This document shows positions 1 to 8,545 of a DNA stretch of 39,657 nt, piece after piece. The translations under genes and the position numbers were made by a program. The stretch's first letter is position 1. Each line of letters opens with the position of its first letter. This DNA comes from Actinomycetota bacterium (GTDB taxonomy: Bacteria > Actinomycetota > Actinomycetes > Nanopelagicales > Nanopelagicaceae). The stretch lies in contig WLNM01000001.1 of NCBI GenBank assembly GCA_009699825.1, forward strand, positions 1 through 39,657, read 5' to 3'. The notes under the pieces are model-generated. The model worked only from the letters and a program-made list of their open reading frames with translations, ran no database searches and was not told where the DNA came from.

Positions 1-2
1 AT

Positions 3-872
3 TCGCATCCAGAGTGGATTATTAGTGCCTATCTGGATCAGTTAGGAAATTTAGAAGAAGTTGAAGAACTGCTCATGGCTAATAATATTCCAGCCAAACC
101 CACTTTAGTTTCTTGGCCCGGTTTAAGTACTCAAAAAGATTTAATTGATGTGGGAGCAGTGGCTACAAATTACTCGCCTTTTGGTGCAATTTATGATGGT
201 TCACCCGCTTCGATAGATCTCATAGTGCAACGCAAAGCTGGAGTACAGGACGAAGGTTCGCAATTAGTCGCGAAAATATTTGCCGATGTTGCCGAAGACC
301 AGAAGTCATGGCTTGATATATGCGCAGGACCAGGCGGAAAAGCTGCGCTTCTATCGGCGATAGCAAAAATTAAGGGCATCGATTTTTCGGCAAATGAAAT
401 TTCGGAAGTTCGTGCAAATTTAGTTCGCCAAGTAGTACAAGGAGCGAAAGTTAGTAATTATGATGCACGAGAAGTTTCTACCTTCGGGGAGAATTACGGC
501 GCCATACTCGCTGATGTTCCATGTACAGGTTTAGGGGCTTTAAGACGACGCCCAGAGGTTAGGTGGCGACGAAGTGTTGCGGACCTGAAATCCTTAGTCG
601 TGTTACAGCAAGAGATTATTGATGCGGCAATTTCGGCGATATCTCCTGGAGGGATTTTCGGGTATGCAACATGTAGTCCACATTTATCGGAGACTCGTAT
701 TGCAATATCCGAGGCCCTCAAACGACACCCTGAAATGCAGCTCGTAGACCTCACTGAATATGTACATCCCGAATTACGTTCTTCTGCAATAGATCGAGGT
801 TCTTTAACTCTGTGGACTCATCGCCACAACACGGACGCTATGTTCCTCAGTATTTTACGTAAGAAGAAATAG
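3..872 (+). CDS. rsmB: RsmB/Fmu (Sun) 16S rRNA m5C methyltransferase, 5'-truncated by the window edge
   Basis: Frame is open from position 3 (SHPEWII...). Motifs VQDEGSQ, LDICAGPGGK, LADVPCTGLG, YATCS and TDAMF. Lies upstream of rpe, as in other Actinobacteria. Confidence 0.9.
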   Translation, partial: SHPEWIISAYLDQLGNLEEVEELLMANNIPAKPTLVSWPGLSTQKDLIDVGAVATNYSPFGAIYDGSPASIDLIVQRKAGVQDEGSQLVAKIFADVAEDQKSWLDICAGPGGKAALLSAIAKIKGIDFSANEISEVRANLVRQVVQGAKVSNYDAREVSTFGENYGAILADVPCTGLGALRRRPEVRWRRSVADLKSLVVLQQEIIDAAISAISPGGIFGYATCSPHLSETRIAISEALKRHPEMQLVDLTEYVHPELRSSAIDRGSLTLWTHRHNTDAMFLSILRKKK

Positions 873-881
873 GATTACTCA

Positions 882-1547
882 ATGAGCAAGTCCGTACGTA
901 TTCATCCGAGCATATTGAACGCTGACTATTCAAAAATTTTGTCCGAAATAGATAGAGTTGCCAAAGTTTCAGATTTATTGCATCTAGATATTCTCGATGG
1001 GAAATTTGCTCCGAACACTTCTTTTTCCTGGGAACAAGCCAAATATATTATTGATGGATCGAGTATTCCTGTGGACGCTCATTTAATGGTTATTGATTGT
1101 GACGAGCAAGGTCCGAAATATGCCGAGGCTGGCTGCGAAAGTGTTACGGTTCATGTCGAAGCAACAAAGGATATTCGCAAAGCTATAAGAAATATTAAAT
1201 CTCATGGGACCCGGGCAAGTTTAGCTCTCAAGCCTTCTACGCAAATTGAGGACTATTTAGATTTTGTAGATGATGTAGATATGTTTTTGATCATGACCGT
1301 AGAACCTGGTTTTGGTGGCCAAGCCTTCATGCCGGATATGATGGATAAAGTTCATAGGACCCGCGAATTGATTGGCGAAAGACCGATTTGGTTACAGGTT
1401 GATGGTGGAATTTCGAAGGAAACTATCGAGATTGCAAGTGCAGCCGGTGCTGACACTTTCGTGGCAGGCAGCGCTGTATATAAAGCTGAAGATCCAGCAG
1501 CAATGGTTTCTATATTGCGCGATTTAGCGCAAACTGTGCAAAACTAG
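882..1547 (+). CDS. rpe: Ribulose-phosphate 3-epimerase
   Basis: PSIL, HLDILDG.F.PN, DAHLM, MTVEPGFGGQ, VDGGI and VAGSA motifs. Confidence 0.95.
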   Translation: MSKSVRIHPSILNADYSKILSEIDRVAKVSDLLHLDILDGKFAPNTSFSWEQAKYIIDGSSIPVDAHLMVIDCDEQGPKYAEAGCESVTVHVEATKDIRKAIRNIKSHGTRASLALKPSTQIEDYLDFVDDVDMFLIMTVEPGFGGQAFMPDMMDKVHRTRELIGERPIWLQVDGGISKETIEIASAAGADTFVAGSAVYKAEDPAAMVSILRDLAQTVQN

Positions 1548-1554
1548 GCCCACG

Positions 1555-1675
1555 TTGTTCCGGGGGTCGGTGTAATTCCGAACCGGCGGTAAAGTCCGCG
1601 ACCCGATCAAAACCATTGATCGGTTGATTTGGTGAAATTCCAATACCGACAGTTAAAGTCTGGATAAAGGGACAT
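1555..1675 (+). ncRNA. FMN riboswitch (RFN element)
   Basis: Reads GGGGUCGGUGUAAUUCCGAACCGGCGGUAAAGUCCGCGA...GUUGAUUUGGUGAAAUUCCAAUACCGACAGUUAAAGUCUGGAU, matching the RFN consensus. P1 is UGUUCC/GGGACA. Located directly upstream of a PnuC-family transporter. Confidence 0.96.
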
Positions 1676-1715
1676 AGCTTCACCTATTCAATCCCGAAAA
1701 GGTGATGCTTTGTTG

Positions 1716-1741
1716 CTTCCTGGGCGCTTTAACCGAGGAGG
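1716..1741 (+). promoter_or_regulatory. Putative SD-sequestering hairpin (riboswitch expression platform)
   Basis: CUUCCUGG (1716-1723) can pair with CCGAGGAGG (1733-1741), which contains the SD for the ATG at 1752. Confidence 0.55.
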
Positions 1742-1751
1742 GAATACGTAA

Positions 1752-2417
1752 ATGTCATTAATTAAATGGCTTTTTGAAACAAATATCGCTTTTGGATCCA
1801 AATCCATTCCACTACGAGAAATTATTGGCGGCATCTTAGGATTAACAAGCGCTGTGCTTGGTGCTAAAAGAAAAATTGCTGCCTGGCCGATTGGTATCAT
1901 TGGCGACGCACTCTTATTTACGGTGTTTCTAGGTGCTGTCTTTGCTTACAGCGACCAAGATTCAAATTTTTATGGTCAAGCTGGTCGTAATTTACTTCTA
2001 ATAGTTGTCAGTGTTTATGGATGGATTCGCTGGACCGCATATAGAAAAATGTCGAAATCGCATACAACGGTGACACCTCGTTGGACCACCACAAAGGAAA
2101 AAATCTACTTAGTACCCACGATCGTGGTGGGCTATTTCTTAGCGATGAACATTTTCAAAGCCTTGGGAGAATCGGGCACTTGGCTACTAGTTGATACATG
2201 GATTTTCACTGGAACCGCATTAGCTACTTACGGAATGAGCAGAGGATATGTTGAATTCTGGCTCGTCTGGGTAGCGGTGGATTTAGTCGGTGTTCCATTC
2301 GCATTTATCAATGGTTATTACCCAACAGGTACTTTGTACGCGATTTACTTGCCATTCGTGCTGTGGGGCTTCATCTCATGGCTCAAAATTAGCAAGAATG
2401 AAAAGGTTGCTGTCTAG
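1752..2417 (+). CDS. ribM: PnuC-family riboflavin transporter (RibM/PnuX-like)
   Basis: Hydrophobic multi-TM protein with WPIGIIG, YGWIRW and VEFWLVWVAVDLVGVP motifs. Controlled by the FMN riboswitch. Confidence 0.85.
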   Translation: MSLIKWLFETNIAFGSKSIPLREIIGGILGLTSAVLGAKRKIAAWPIGIIGDALLFTVFLGAVFAYSDQDSNFYGQAGRNLLLIVVSVYGWIRWTAYRKMSKSHTTVTPRWTTTKEKIYLVPTIVVGYFLAMNIFKALGESGTWLLVDTWIFTGTALATYGMSRGYVEFWLVWVAVDLVGVPFAFINGYYPTGTLYAIYLPFVLWGFISWLKISKNEKVAV

Positions 2418-2429
2418 TAAACTAATACC

Positions 2430-2693
2430 ATGAAAACCTTTGAATCACTCTGGAGCGAGTTGGAGAATATATCTCTCACTCGCCCAGAGGGATCAGGGAC
2501 CGTTAAGGCGTTAGATGCCGGCTTACACTCAATCGGCAAAAAGATCATCGAAGAAGCTGGCGAAGTGTGGTTGGCAGCCGAACATGAAGATAATGAAGCA
2601 CTTGCTTTAGAAATTAGCCAATTAATTTATCACCTTCAAACTTTGATGTTAGCTCGGGGATTGACCCTTCAAGATATCTATAAAAATCTTTAG
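2430..2693 (+). CDS. hisE: Phosphoribosyl-ATP pyrophosphatase
   Basis: MKTFESLW...[16 protein letters not shown]...EISQLIYH, the actinobacterial HisE pattern. Confidence 0.95.
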   Translation: MKTFESLWSELENISLTRPEGSGTVKALDAGLHSIGKKIIEEAGEVWLAAEHEDNEALALEISQLIYHLQTLMLARGLTLQDIYKNL

Positions 2694-2702
2694 GAGATTA
2701 TT

Positions 2703-3548
2703 GTGTTGAGAGTAGCTATTCCTAACAAAGGGTCTTTAGCCGATGACTCAATTTCTGTCCTGAAGGAAGCAGGTTATAGGCAAAGAACTGATAGTCGCGA
2801 TTTAGTTTTAGTTGACACTGAAAATCAAGTGGAATTTTATTATTTGCGGCCACGAGATATTGCTTTGTATGTAGGTTCCGGGGAATTAGAAGCAGGAATT
2901 ACCGGTCGAGATTTACTTATAGATTCCGGAGCCACGGCTGAGGAAGTACTCGCACTTGGTTACGGAGGTTCGACATTCAGATTTGCGGCTCCAATTGGCA
3001 AGAATTGGAAGATTGCAGATATTGCAGGAAAACGTGTAGCAAGTGCTTATCCTGGATTAGTAAATTCACATTTAGATTCCCTGGGGATCAAATCAACTGT
3101 TGTCCGTTTGGATGGAGCCGTTGAAAGTAGTGTGCGTCTAGGAGTTGCAGATTTAATTGCAGATGTTGTAAGTACAGGTAATACGTTACGACAAGCAGGG
3201 TTAGAAATCTTTGCAGACCCAATCCTTGTCAGTGAAGCGATTCTCATTACGCGTGCAACAGAGAAACAAAACCCGTCTTTACAGATTTTGCTAAGGCGCT
3301 TGCAGGGTGTCATTACTGCGCGTCGATATGTTTTATTGGATTACGACGTTCCTAAGGATAAATCTGAAGTTGCATGTGCCATTACTCCAGGTTTAGAGTC
3401 ACCAACTATTTCACCTCTGCAAAATCCAGACTGGGTTGCCGTACGTGCGATGGTTCTGCGAAAAGATACGAATAGAGTGATGGATGAGTTATGGGAGATT
3501 GGTGCTCGTGGAATTCTAGTAACAGATATTCACGCTTGCCGACTTTAA
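2703..3548 (+). CDS. hisG: ATP phosphoribosyltransferase (long form)
   Basis: AIPNKGSL, LRPRDIA.YV, GAVE and DVVSTG.TL motifs, plus the C-terminal PGLESPTISPL regulatory domain. Confidence 0.96.
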   Translation: MLRVAIPNKGSLADDSISVLKEAGYRQRTDSRDLVLVDTENQVEFYYLRPRDIALYVGSGELEAGITGRDLLIDSGATAEEVLALGYGGSTFRFAAPIGKNWKIADIAGKRVASAYPGLVNSHLDSLGIKSTVVRLDGAVESSVRLGVADLIADVVSTGNTLRQAGLEIFADPILVSEAILITRATEKQNPSLQILLRRLQGVITARRYVLLDYDVPKDKSEVACAITPGLESPTISPLQNPDWVAVRAMVLRKDTNRVMDELWEIGARGILVTDIHACRL

Positions 3549-4753
3549 TCTTCGCGATCTGATTCTTCGATATCTTCTCGATTAATTCCTAGAATAAAAA
3601 GTACTGAATCCAGATACGGTGCATTAAGTGCACTCTGTGCCGCCGCTTGCACAGTAGGTTTGGCATTGAAAGCAATGCCTAGACCAGCAGTTGCAATCAT
3701 GTCCAAATCATTAGCACCATCACCTATGGCGATTGTGTTGGCTTGCGTGATCTGCTCAAGTTGGGCAAACTCTTTGAGCGCTTGCGCTTTTCCTGCACGG
3801 TCGATAATCGGTCCCGAGAGATTGCCGGTGATGATCCCATTAATAATTTCTAAGGTATTTGATCGTACGTGAGGAATACCCAATTGAGCAGCTATTGGAT
3901 CAACAACTTGCGAAAAACCACCAGATACAAGCCCCACGCCATGACCAAGTTTTCTCAACGTTCGTATAAGCGTTCTGGCACCGGGAGTGAGGGAAATTTG
4001 TTTCGCCACCGTTTCAATTATGGATTCAGGTTGTCCACTAAGCAGTGCGACTCGTTTTCTTAAGGATGTTTCAAAATCTAATTCGCCGCGCATGGCAGAT
4101 TCTGTAATAGCCCGAACTTGGTCCCCTACGCCGCTAACTTCTGCCAATAAATCAATCACTTCTTGTTCGATAAGAGTTGAATCAACGTCCATAACGACCA
4201 ATTTTCGAGCAAAGCGATTGAGGCCTGCATCTTGGATAGCTATGTCTACTCCGAATTTTTTAGCAGATGGTCCTAATGAATTTCGGAGGGAGTCTGAATG
4301 CGATCCGGATACTAGGAATTCGATTGCGGTTAAAGGAAAAGAGGCGCTTCGATGGATACGTTCTATATTTCCACCCGTTGAAGCTATATGAGAAGCAAGT
4401 TCAGCAATTGCTCCAGGTGTAATCTTCTGTGCAAGTGCAATGACATGTATAAGACCAGTTTTTTGTGCAATTGACTGAGTTGATTCATTCGAAAATGATG
4501 TAGCAATATCTACATTGAGTTTTTTAGCGCATTCATTCAAATCTGACTCAACAGCTTGGGCATGTGCGGGATCTAAGTCGATCAAAACTGTGAGAATTAA
4601 ACGAGACCTAATGACAACTTGTTCTATGTCCAAGATAGTGACGGAGAAAGGTTCCAGGGTTTTAAATAGAGCCGAAGAAATTCCAGGGGTATCAACACCG
4701 GAAAGTAGGATTAATCCCGTATAACGATTTTCAATCCCATTACGCGTATCCAT
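3545..4753 (-). CDS. serB: Phosphoserine phosphatase with N-terminal ACT domains
   Basis: HAD motifs MDVDSTLIEQEVID, VSGGF and GDGANDLDM...AFNAKP. Two ACT-like domains at the N-terminus. Confidence 0.93.
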   Translation of the reverse strand: MDTRNGIENRYTGLILLSGVDTPGISSALFKTLEPFSVTILDIEQVVIRSRLILTVLIDLDPAHAQAVESDLNECAKKLNVDIATSFSNESTQSIAQKTGLIHVIALAQKITPGAIAELASHIASTGGNIERIHRSASFPLTAIEFLVSGSHSDSLRNSLGPSAKKFGVDIAIQDAGLNRFARKLVVMDVDSTLIEQEVIDLLAEVSGVGDQVRAITESAMRGELDFETSLRKRVALLSGQPESIIETVAKQISLTPGARTLIRTLRKLGHGVGLVSGGFSQVVDPIAAQLGIPHVRSNTLEIINGIITGNLSGPIIDRAGKAQALKEFAQLEQITQANTIAIGDGANDLDMIATAGLGIAFNAKPTVQAAAQSALNAPYLDSVLFILGINREDIEESDRED

Positions 4754-4837
4754 GGATGAAGTTTATCGCCAATTACACATGCGAAATTGCGTGCTATTAC
4801 CGCCTTCCGGCCCTTCGACGCGCTATCTTTTTGGTCT

Positions 4838-5623
4838 ATGTCCTCGCAATTGGTTCTAGCCCTCGATGGGGTAAGCGTTGTGCGCGACGGTAATCAAATA
4901 TTGGGACCGATAACATTTCAAATAGCACCGGGGGAGCGCTGGGTTATTTTGGGACCAAACGGAGCTGGAAAATCAACTTTACTTGGAGTTTTGTCGGCTC
5001 GAATATTTCCGAGTAAAGGTAATGCTGTTTTGTTGAACCAGCAAGTGGGACGTGTTGATTTATCTGAATTGCGAACTCGAATTGGTTTAGCTTCTCCATC
5101 GCTTGAAGCGATGGTTGAGTCAGGAGAATTGGTTAAAGATGTTGTTTTAACAGCGGCTTATGCAATCATTGGTCGCTGGAATGAAGATTATGACTTATGG
5201 GATGAATCACGTGCAGTTGCCTTATTAACTACTTTTGGCGTTCGCGAATTAGGAGATCGACGTTTTTCAACCCTGAGTTCTGGCGAAAAGAAGCGTGTTT
5301 TGATTTCTCGAGCATTGATGGCAGATCCAGAACTACTTCTGCTCGACGAACCGGCAGCAGGATTAGATGTTGGAGGTCGTGAAGATTTATTGCGCCGTTT
5401 CGCACAATTTTCAATCGACCCGACATCTCCTGCAAGTGTTTTGGTTACTCACCATATTGAAGAGATTCCAGTAGGTACCACTCATGCAATTTTACTTAAA
5501 GATGGAAAGATTGCAGCGAGTGGACCTGTGGCATCGGTTATTACTACAGAACATATAAGCGCTGTTTTTGGTTTACCAATCGAAGTGACGCATGAAAGTG
5601 CCCGTTTCTTTGCCCGCGCTTAG
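4838..5623 (+). CDS. ABC transporter ATP-binding protein (no adjacent permease)
   Basis: Walker A GPNGAGKS, signature LSSGEKKR, Walker B LLLLDEP and H-loop VTHH. Start moved to the ATG at 4838. Confidence 0.88.
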   Translation: MSSQLVLALDGVSVVRDGNQILGPITFQIAPGERWVILGPNGAGKSTLLGVLSARIFPSKGNAVLLNQQVGRVDLSELRTRIGLASPSLEAMVESGELVKDVVLTAAYAIIGRWNEDYDLWDESRAVALLTTFGVRELGDRRFSTLSSGEKKRVLISRALMADPELLLLDEPAAGLDVGGREDLLRRFAQFSIDPTSPASVLVTHHIEEIPVGTTHAILLKDGKIAASGPVASVITTEHISAVFGLPIEVTHESARFFARA

Positions 5624-6254
5624 AGATTTACTGGATCATCGCTGGAAAGCATTACTTGAGCCATCATTGAGCGTACTTGATCTGCTAGAAACTGAATTGG
5701 ATTTCGACACAAATGTTCCGGGAAAAAATTCTATATTCAAAGCATTTGATTGTGATCCTCTTGCAATCAGAGTAGTTATTTTTGGTCAAGATCCATACCC
5801 TAATGCCGATCAAGCCATGGGACTCTCTTTTAGTATTCCTGCAAACGCAACCAAAATCCCGGCATCCTTGCAAAATATTTTTAAAGAAATTGCAAGCGAT
5901 TTAGGTAAAGTTGAGATCACTAATGGAGATTTAAGTTATCTTTCCAAACAAGGGGTCATGTTACTTAATCGCGGTTTAAGTATTTCTTTGCCGCAGAAGA
6001 AGGTTAATCCGCTCTGGTATCTATTCACCGAACAAGTTGCGCAGGCGTTAGCAAAAATGGGAGTAATTGGTATTTTCTGGGGGAATCAAGCACAAGAATT
6101 GGCGCATTTCTTTCCAGAAAAAAATAGAATTTTCAGCGTTCATCCAAGTCCGTTATCAGCCTATAGAGGTTTTTTTGGTAGTAAACCCTTTAGTAAAACA
6201 AATGCAATTCTGCATTCGGAAAATAAGTTGCCCATAAACTGGACAAAGCCATAG
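5592..6254 (+). CDS. ung: Uracil-DNA glycosylase, family 1
   Basis: GQDPY, AMGLSFS, SLQNIFKE, QGVMLLN and HPSPLSAYRGF motifs. Confidence 0.92.
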   Translation: MKVPVSLPALRDLLDHRWKALLEPSLSVLDLLETELDFDTNVPGKNSIFKAFDCDPLAIRVVIFGQDPYPNADQAMGLSFSIPANATKIPASLQNIFKEIASDLGKVEITNGDLSYLSKQGVMLLNRGLSISLPQKKVNPLWYLFTEQVAQALAKMGVIGIFWGNQAQELAHFFPEKNRIFSVHPSPLSAYRGFFGSKPFSKTNAILHSENKLPINWTKP

Positions 6255-6280
6255 CGCGGAGCCATGTGACCCCGCGCTAT
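6251..6280. terminator. Hairpin between convergent ung and NCS2 permease genes (probable terminator)
   Basis: Perfect 9-bp arms ATAGCGCGG/CCGCGCTAT, extending to about 13 bp with G-U pairs on the minus-strand RNA. No strong U tract. Confidence 0.65.
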
Positions 6281-6294
6281 CGCTTTAGTATTTG

Positions 6295-7728
6295 TTATCC
6301 AATCCAGGTATTAATTGGTGAAGCTAAGAAGTAGATCATAAAAAGACCACTGACGAGCATAAGAAGTGGATGAATTTCTTTGCGTCGTCCTTGGACCATG
6401 CGAATAACTACATGGGAAACAAATCCTGCGCCAATACCCACAGAAATATTGTAAGTAAATGGCATCAAGATGATTGTCAAAAATGCTGGAATCGCGATTC
6501 CGTAATCTGCCCAGTCAATTCCCTTAATCTGTGTCATCATGAGGAATCCCACAATAACAAGAGCTGGAGTTGCAGCTTCGTAAGGAATCACAGCAACAAG
6601 AGGCGCAAGGAAAGTGGTGAGAAGGAATAGAACACCAGTGACAACTGATGCTAAACCTGTACGAGCGCCTTCGCCGACACCAGATGCTGATTCAATGTAG
6701 CTGGTATTAGATGAAATACTGCCAGCTCCACCGGCAACTGCTGCCAATGAGTCAACTAGGAGAATTCGATCATTGTTAGGAATGTTTCCTTTTGAATCAA
6801 TAAGTCCTGATTCATGTCCGATCGCAGTAACAGTTCCTACGGTGTCAAAGAAATCTGATAGCAAAAGTGTAAAGACAATCAGAATTGCAGCAACTACAGA
6901 AATTCTGCTAAAAGATCCGAAGAGTGAGAAGTGTCCTAATAATCCAAAATCAGGAGTTGCAATCACATCAGATGGGATGCTTGGAACGTTAAGTCCCCAA
7001 CCCTTTGGATTGACTTTATCTGGGGCAATGAAGTTTGGACCGATTTTGAATGCAGATTCAACTGCTATTGCAGCAACGGTTGCTACAGAGATGCCAATTA
7101 ATAAGGCGCCTTTAACTTTCTTAACCATTAAAGCGATCATTAAGAAGAGTCCAAGTGCGAAAATTACAATTGGCCAACCAACGAGATTTCCATTATCGCC
7201 AAGTGTTACGGGTACAGGACCTGAACTTGTACGACGTACGAAACCTGCATCCACCAGACCGATCAATGCAATGAAGAGACCGATACCGACTGAGATCGCA
7301 ATCTTTAATTGCGCTGGGACTGCGCGGAATACCGCAGTTCTAAAACCAGTTAGAACCAGTACTGTGATGATTAAACCTTCAAGTACAACTAGTCCCATTG
7401 CATCTGCCCATGACATATGCGAAGCGATACCTACAGCTACGAAGGTGTTTAGACCTAGTCCGGTAGCCAATGCAAGAGGATAGTTACCGACAACGCCCAT
7501 AAGAATTGTAAGTACACCGGCGATGAGTGCAGTTGCTGCTGCAACCATTGCTAGGTTCGGAGCGTCGCCGCCACCGAGATATTTACCATCGGCATCTTTT
7601 GCCAAACCGATGATGAGTGGGTTAAGTGCCACGATGTATGCCATCGTGAAGAACGTAACGAAGCCGCCGCGAATTTCACGACCAACTGTTGATCCACGTT
7701 CTGTGATTTTGAAGTATGTATCTAGCAT
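6295..7728 (-). CDS. NCS2/AzgA-family nucleobase (purine) permease
   Basis: FFTMAYI, GLGLN, GIGLFIALIG, DFFDTVGT, YIESASGVGEGARTGL and MPFTYNI motifs. Confidence 0.93.
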   Translation of the reverse strand: MLDTYFKITERGSTVGREIRGGFVTFFTMAYIVALNPLIIGLAKDADGKYLGGGDAPNLAMVAAATALIAGVLTILMGVVGNYPLALATGLGLNTFVAVGIASHMSWADAMGLVVLEGLIITVLVLTGFRTAVFRAVPAQLKIAISVGIGLFIALIGLVDAGFVRRTSSGPVPVTLGDNGNLVGWPIVIFALGLFLMIALMVKKVKGALLIGISVATVAAIAVESAFKIGPNFIAPDKVNPKGWGLNVPSIPSDVIATPDFGLLGHFSLFGSFSRISVVAAILIVFTLLLSDFFDTVGTVTAIGHESGLIDSKGNIPNNDRILLVDSLAAVAGGAGSISSNTSYIESASGVGEGARTGLASVVTGVLFLLTTFLAPLVAVIPYEAATPALVIVGFLMMTQIKGIDWADYGIAIPAFLTIILMPFTYNISVGIGAGFVSHVVIRMVQGRRKEIHPLLMLVSGLFMIYFLASPINTWIG

Positions 7729-7817
7729 GTACGACCTTCCTGATTTTGGTATCGGGGGTGTTTGCGACCCCGTGCGAAATCACGGCTCGCAGGCCGGAGG
7801 AAGATACGAGAACGCTA
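7729..7817 (-). promoter_or_regulatory. -10 element plus structured 5' leader of the NCS2 permease (candidate cis-regulatory RNA)
   Basis: TAGCGT -10 at 7817-7812. AUCUUCCU pairs with the SD-containing AGGAAGGU. Internal hairpin at 7763-7791. Confidence 0.6.
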
Positions 7818-7818
7818 C

Positions 7819-8502
7819 CTATTTCTGAGAGGTAATTCGGGAAACAACACCCAATGAGATGGCAATAGATTGGCCGATTAGCAGGGCAAAAAGTGCGGTT
7901 CCAAGCCCGACAGTGCCCCCAAGGAAGGCTCCAATAATGAGTACCGTGGATTCAATTCCCAGTCGAACTCTTCCCACGCGGATTCCGCTTCGATTGTGAA
8001 GGGCAGTCATTAGTCCATCTCTAGGTCCCGGCCCTAGAGCACATGTTATGTAGAGTGCAGAGCCCATTCCAACCATTGCGATCCCTAGTAAATCCATCAG
8101 TACACCTGATAAATAATTACTGGCTGAAGGAAAAACATTAACACCCAGTTGAATTGCACTTGCAATAATTACGATATTTGCGATTGTGCCAAAGCCTGGT
8201 TTTTCACGTAATGGAATCCATAAAAGTAAAACAAGGGTGCTAATGGTAAATGTTGAGATACCTAGAGAAATATCCAATTTTTTCGAAACACCTTCTGCAA
8301 GAACTGTCCAAGGAGCATTGCCTGTGCCGCTTTGTACAAAAAGTGAATCCCCGAGACCGAAAATAAGTAATCCGAAAAAAAGAATAAGTGTTCTACGTAT
8401 TGATAAATCCCATCTATGCCGCGCAGCCCATGAAGTATGTGGAATAGTCCTATGGGGGCGTAGGAATTCTAAAAAAACATTCTTCGAGGCATCTGAACTC
8501 AT
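7819..8502 (-). CDS. YczE/YitT-like membrane protein
   Basis: GNAPWTVLAEG, EKPGFGTIAN and LGPGPRDGLM repeats. Start reassigned to the ATG at 8502, 6 nt after a TACTAT -10. Confidence 0.85.
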   Translation of the reverse strand: MSSDASKNVFLEFLRPHRTIPHTSWAARHRWDLSIRRTLILFFGLLIFGLGDSLFVQSGTGNAPWTVLAEGVSKKLDISLGISTFTISTLVLLLWIPLREKPGFGTIANIVIIASAIQLGVNVFPSASNYLSGVLMDLLGIAMVGMGSALYITCALGPGPRDGLMTALHNRSGIRVGRVRLGIESTVLIIGAFLGGTVGLGTALFALLIGQSIAISLGVVSRITSQK

Positions 8503-8545
8503 TGAGCAATAGTACGGGGTAGACTGCGTCAATGAGGTTTTTATC

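Noticed and set aside
6773-7483. 236-aa plus-strand ORF and other antisense ORFs (e.g. 3987..4391, 19372..19776, 32442..32789)
   Set aside because: They are shadows of well-supported genes on the opposite strand and carry no recognisable motifs.
7523-7828. 101-aa plus-strand ORF crossing the NCS2 leader
   Set aside because: It is mostly antisense to the permease and has no motif. The GC-rich spacer is better explained as a structured leader.
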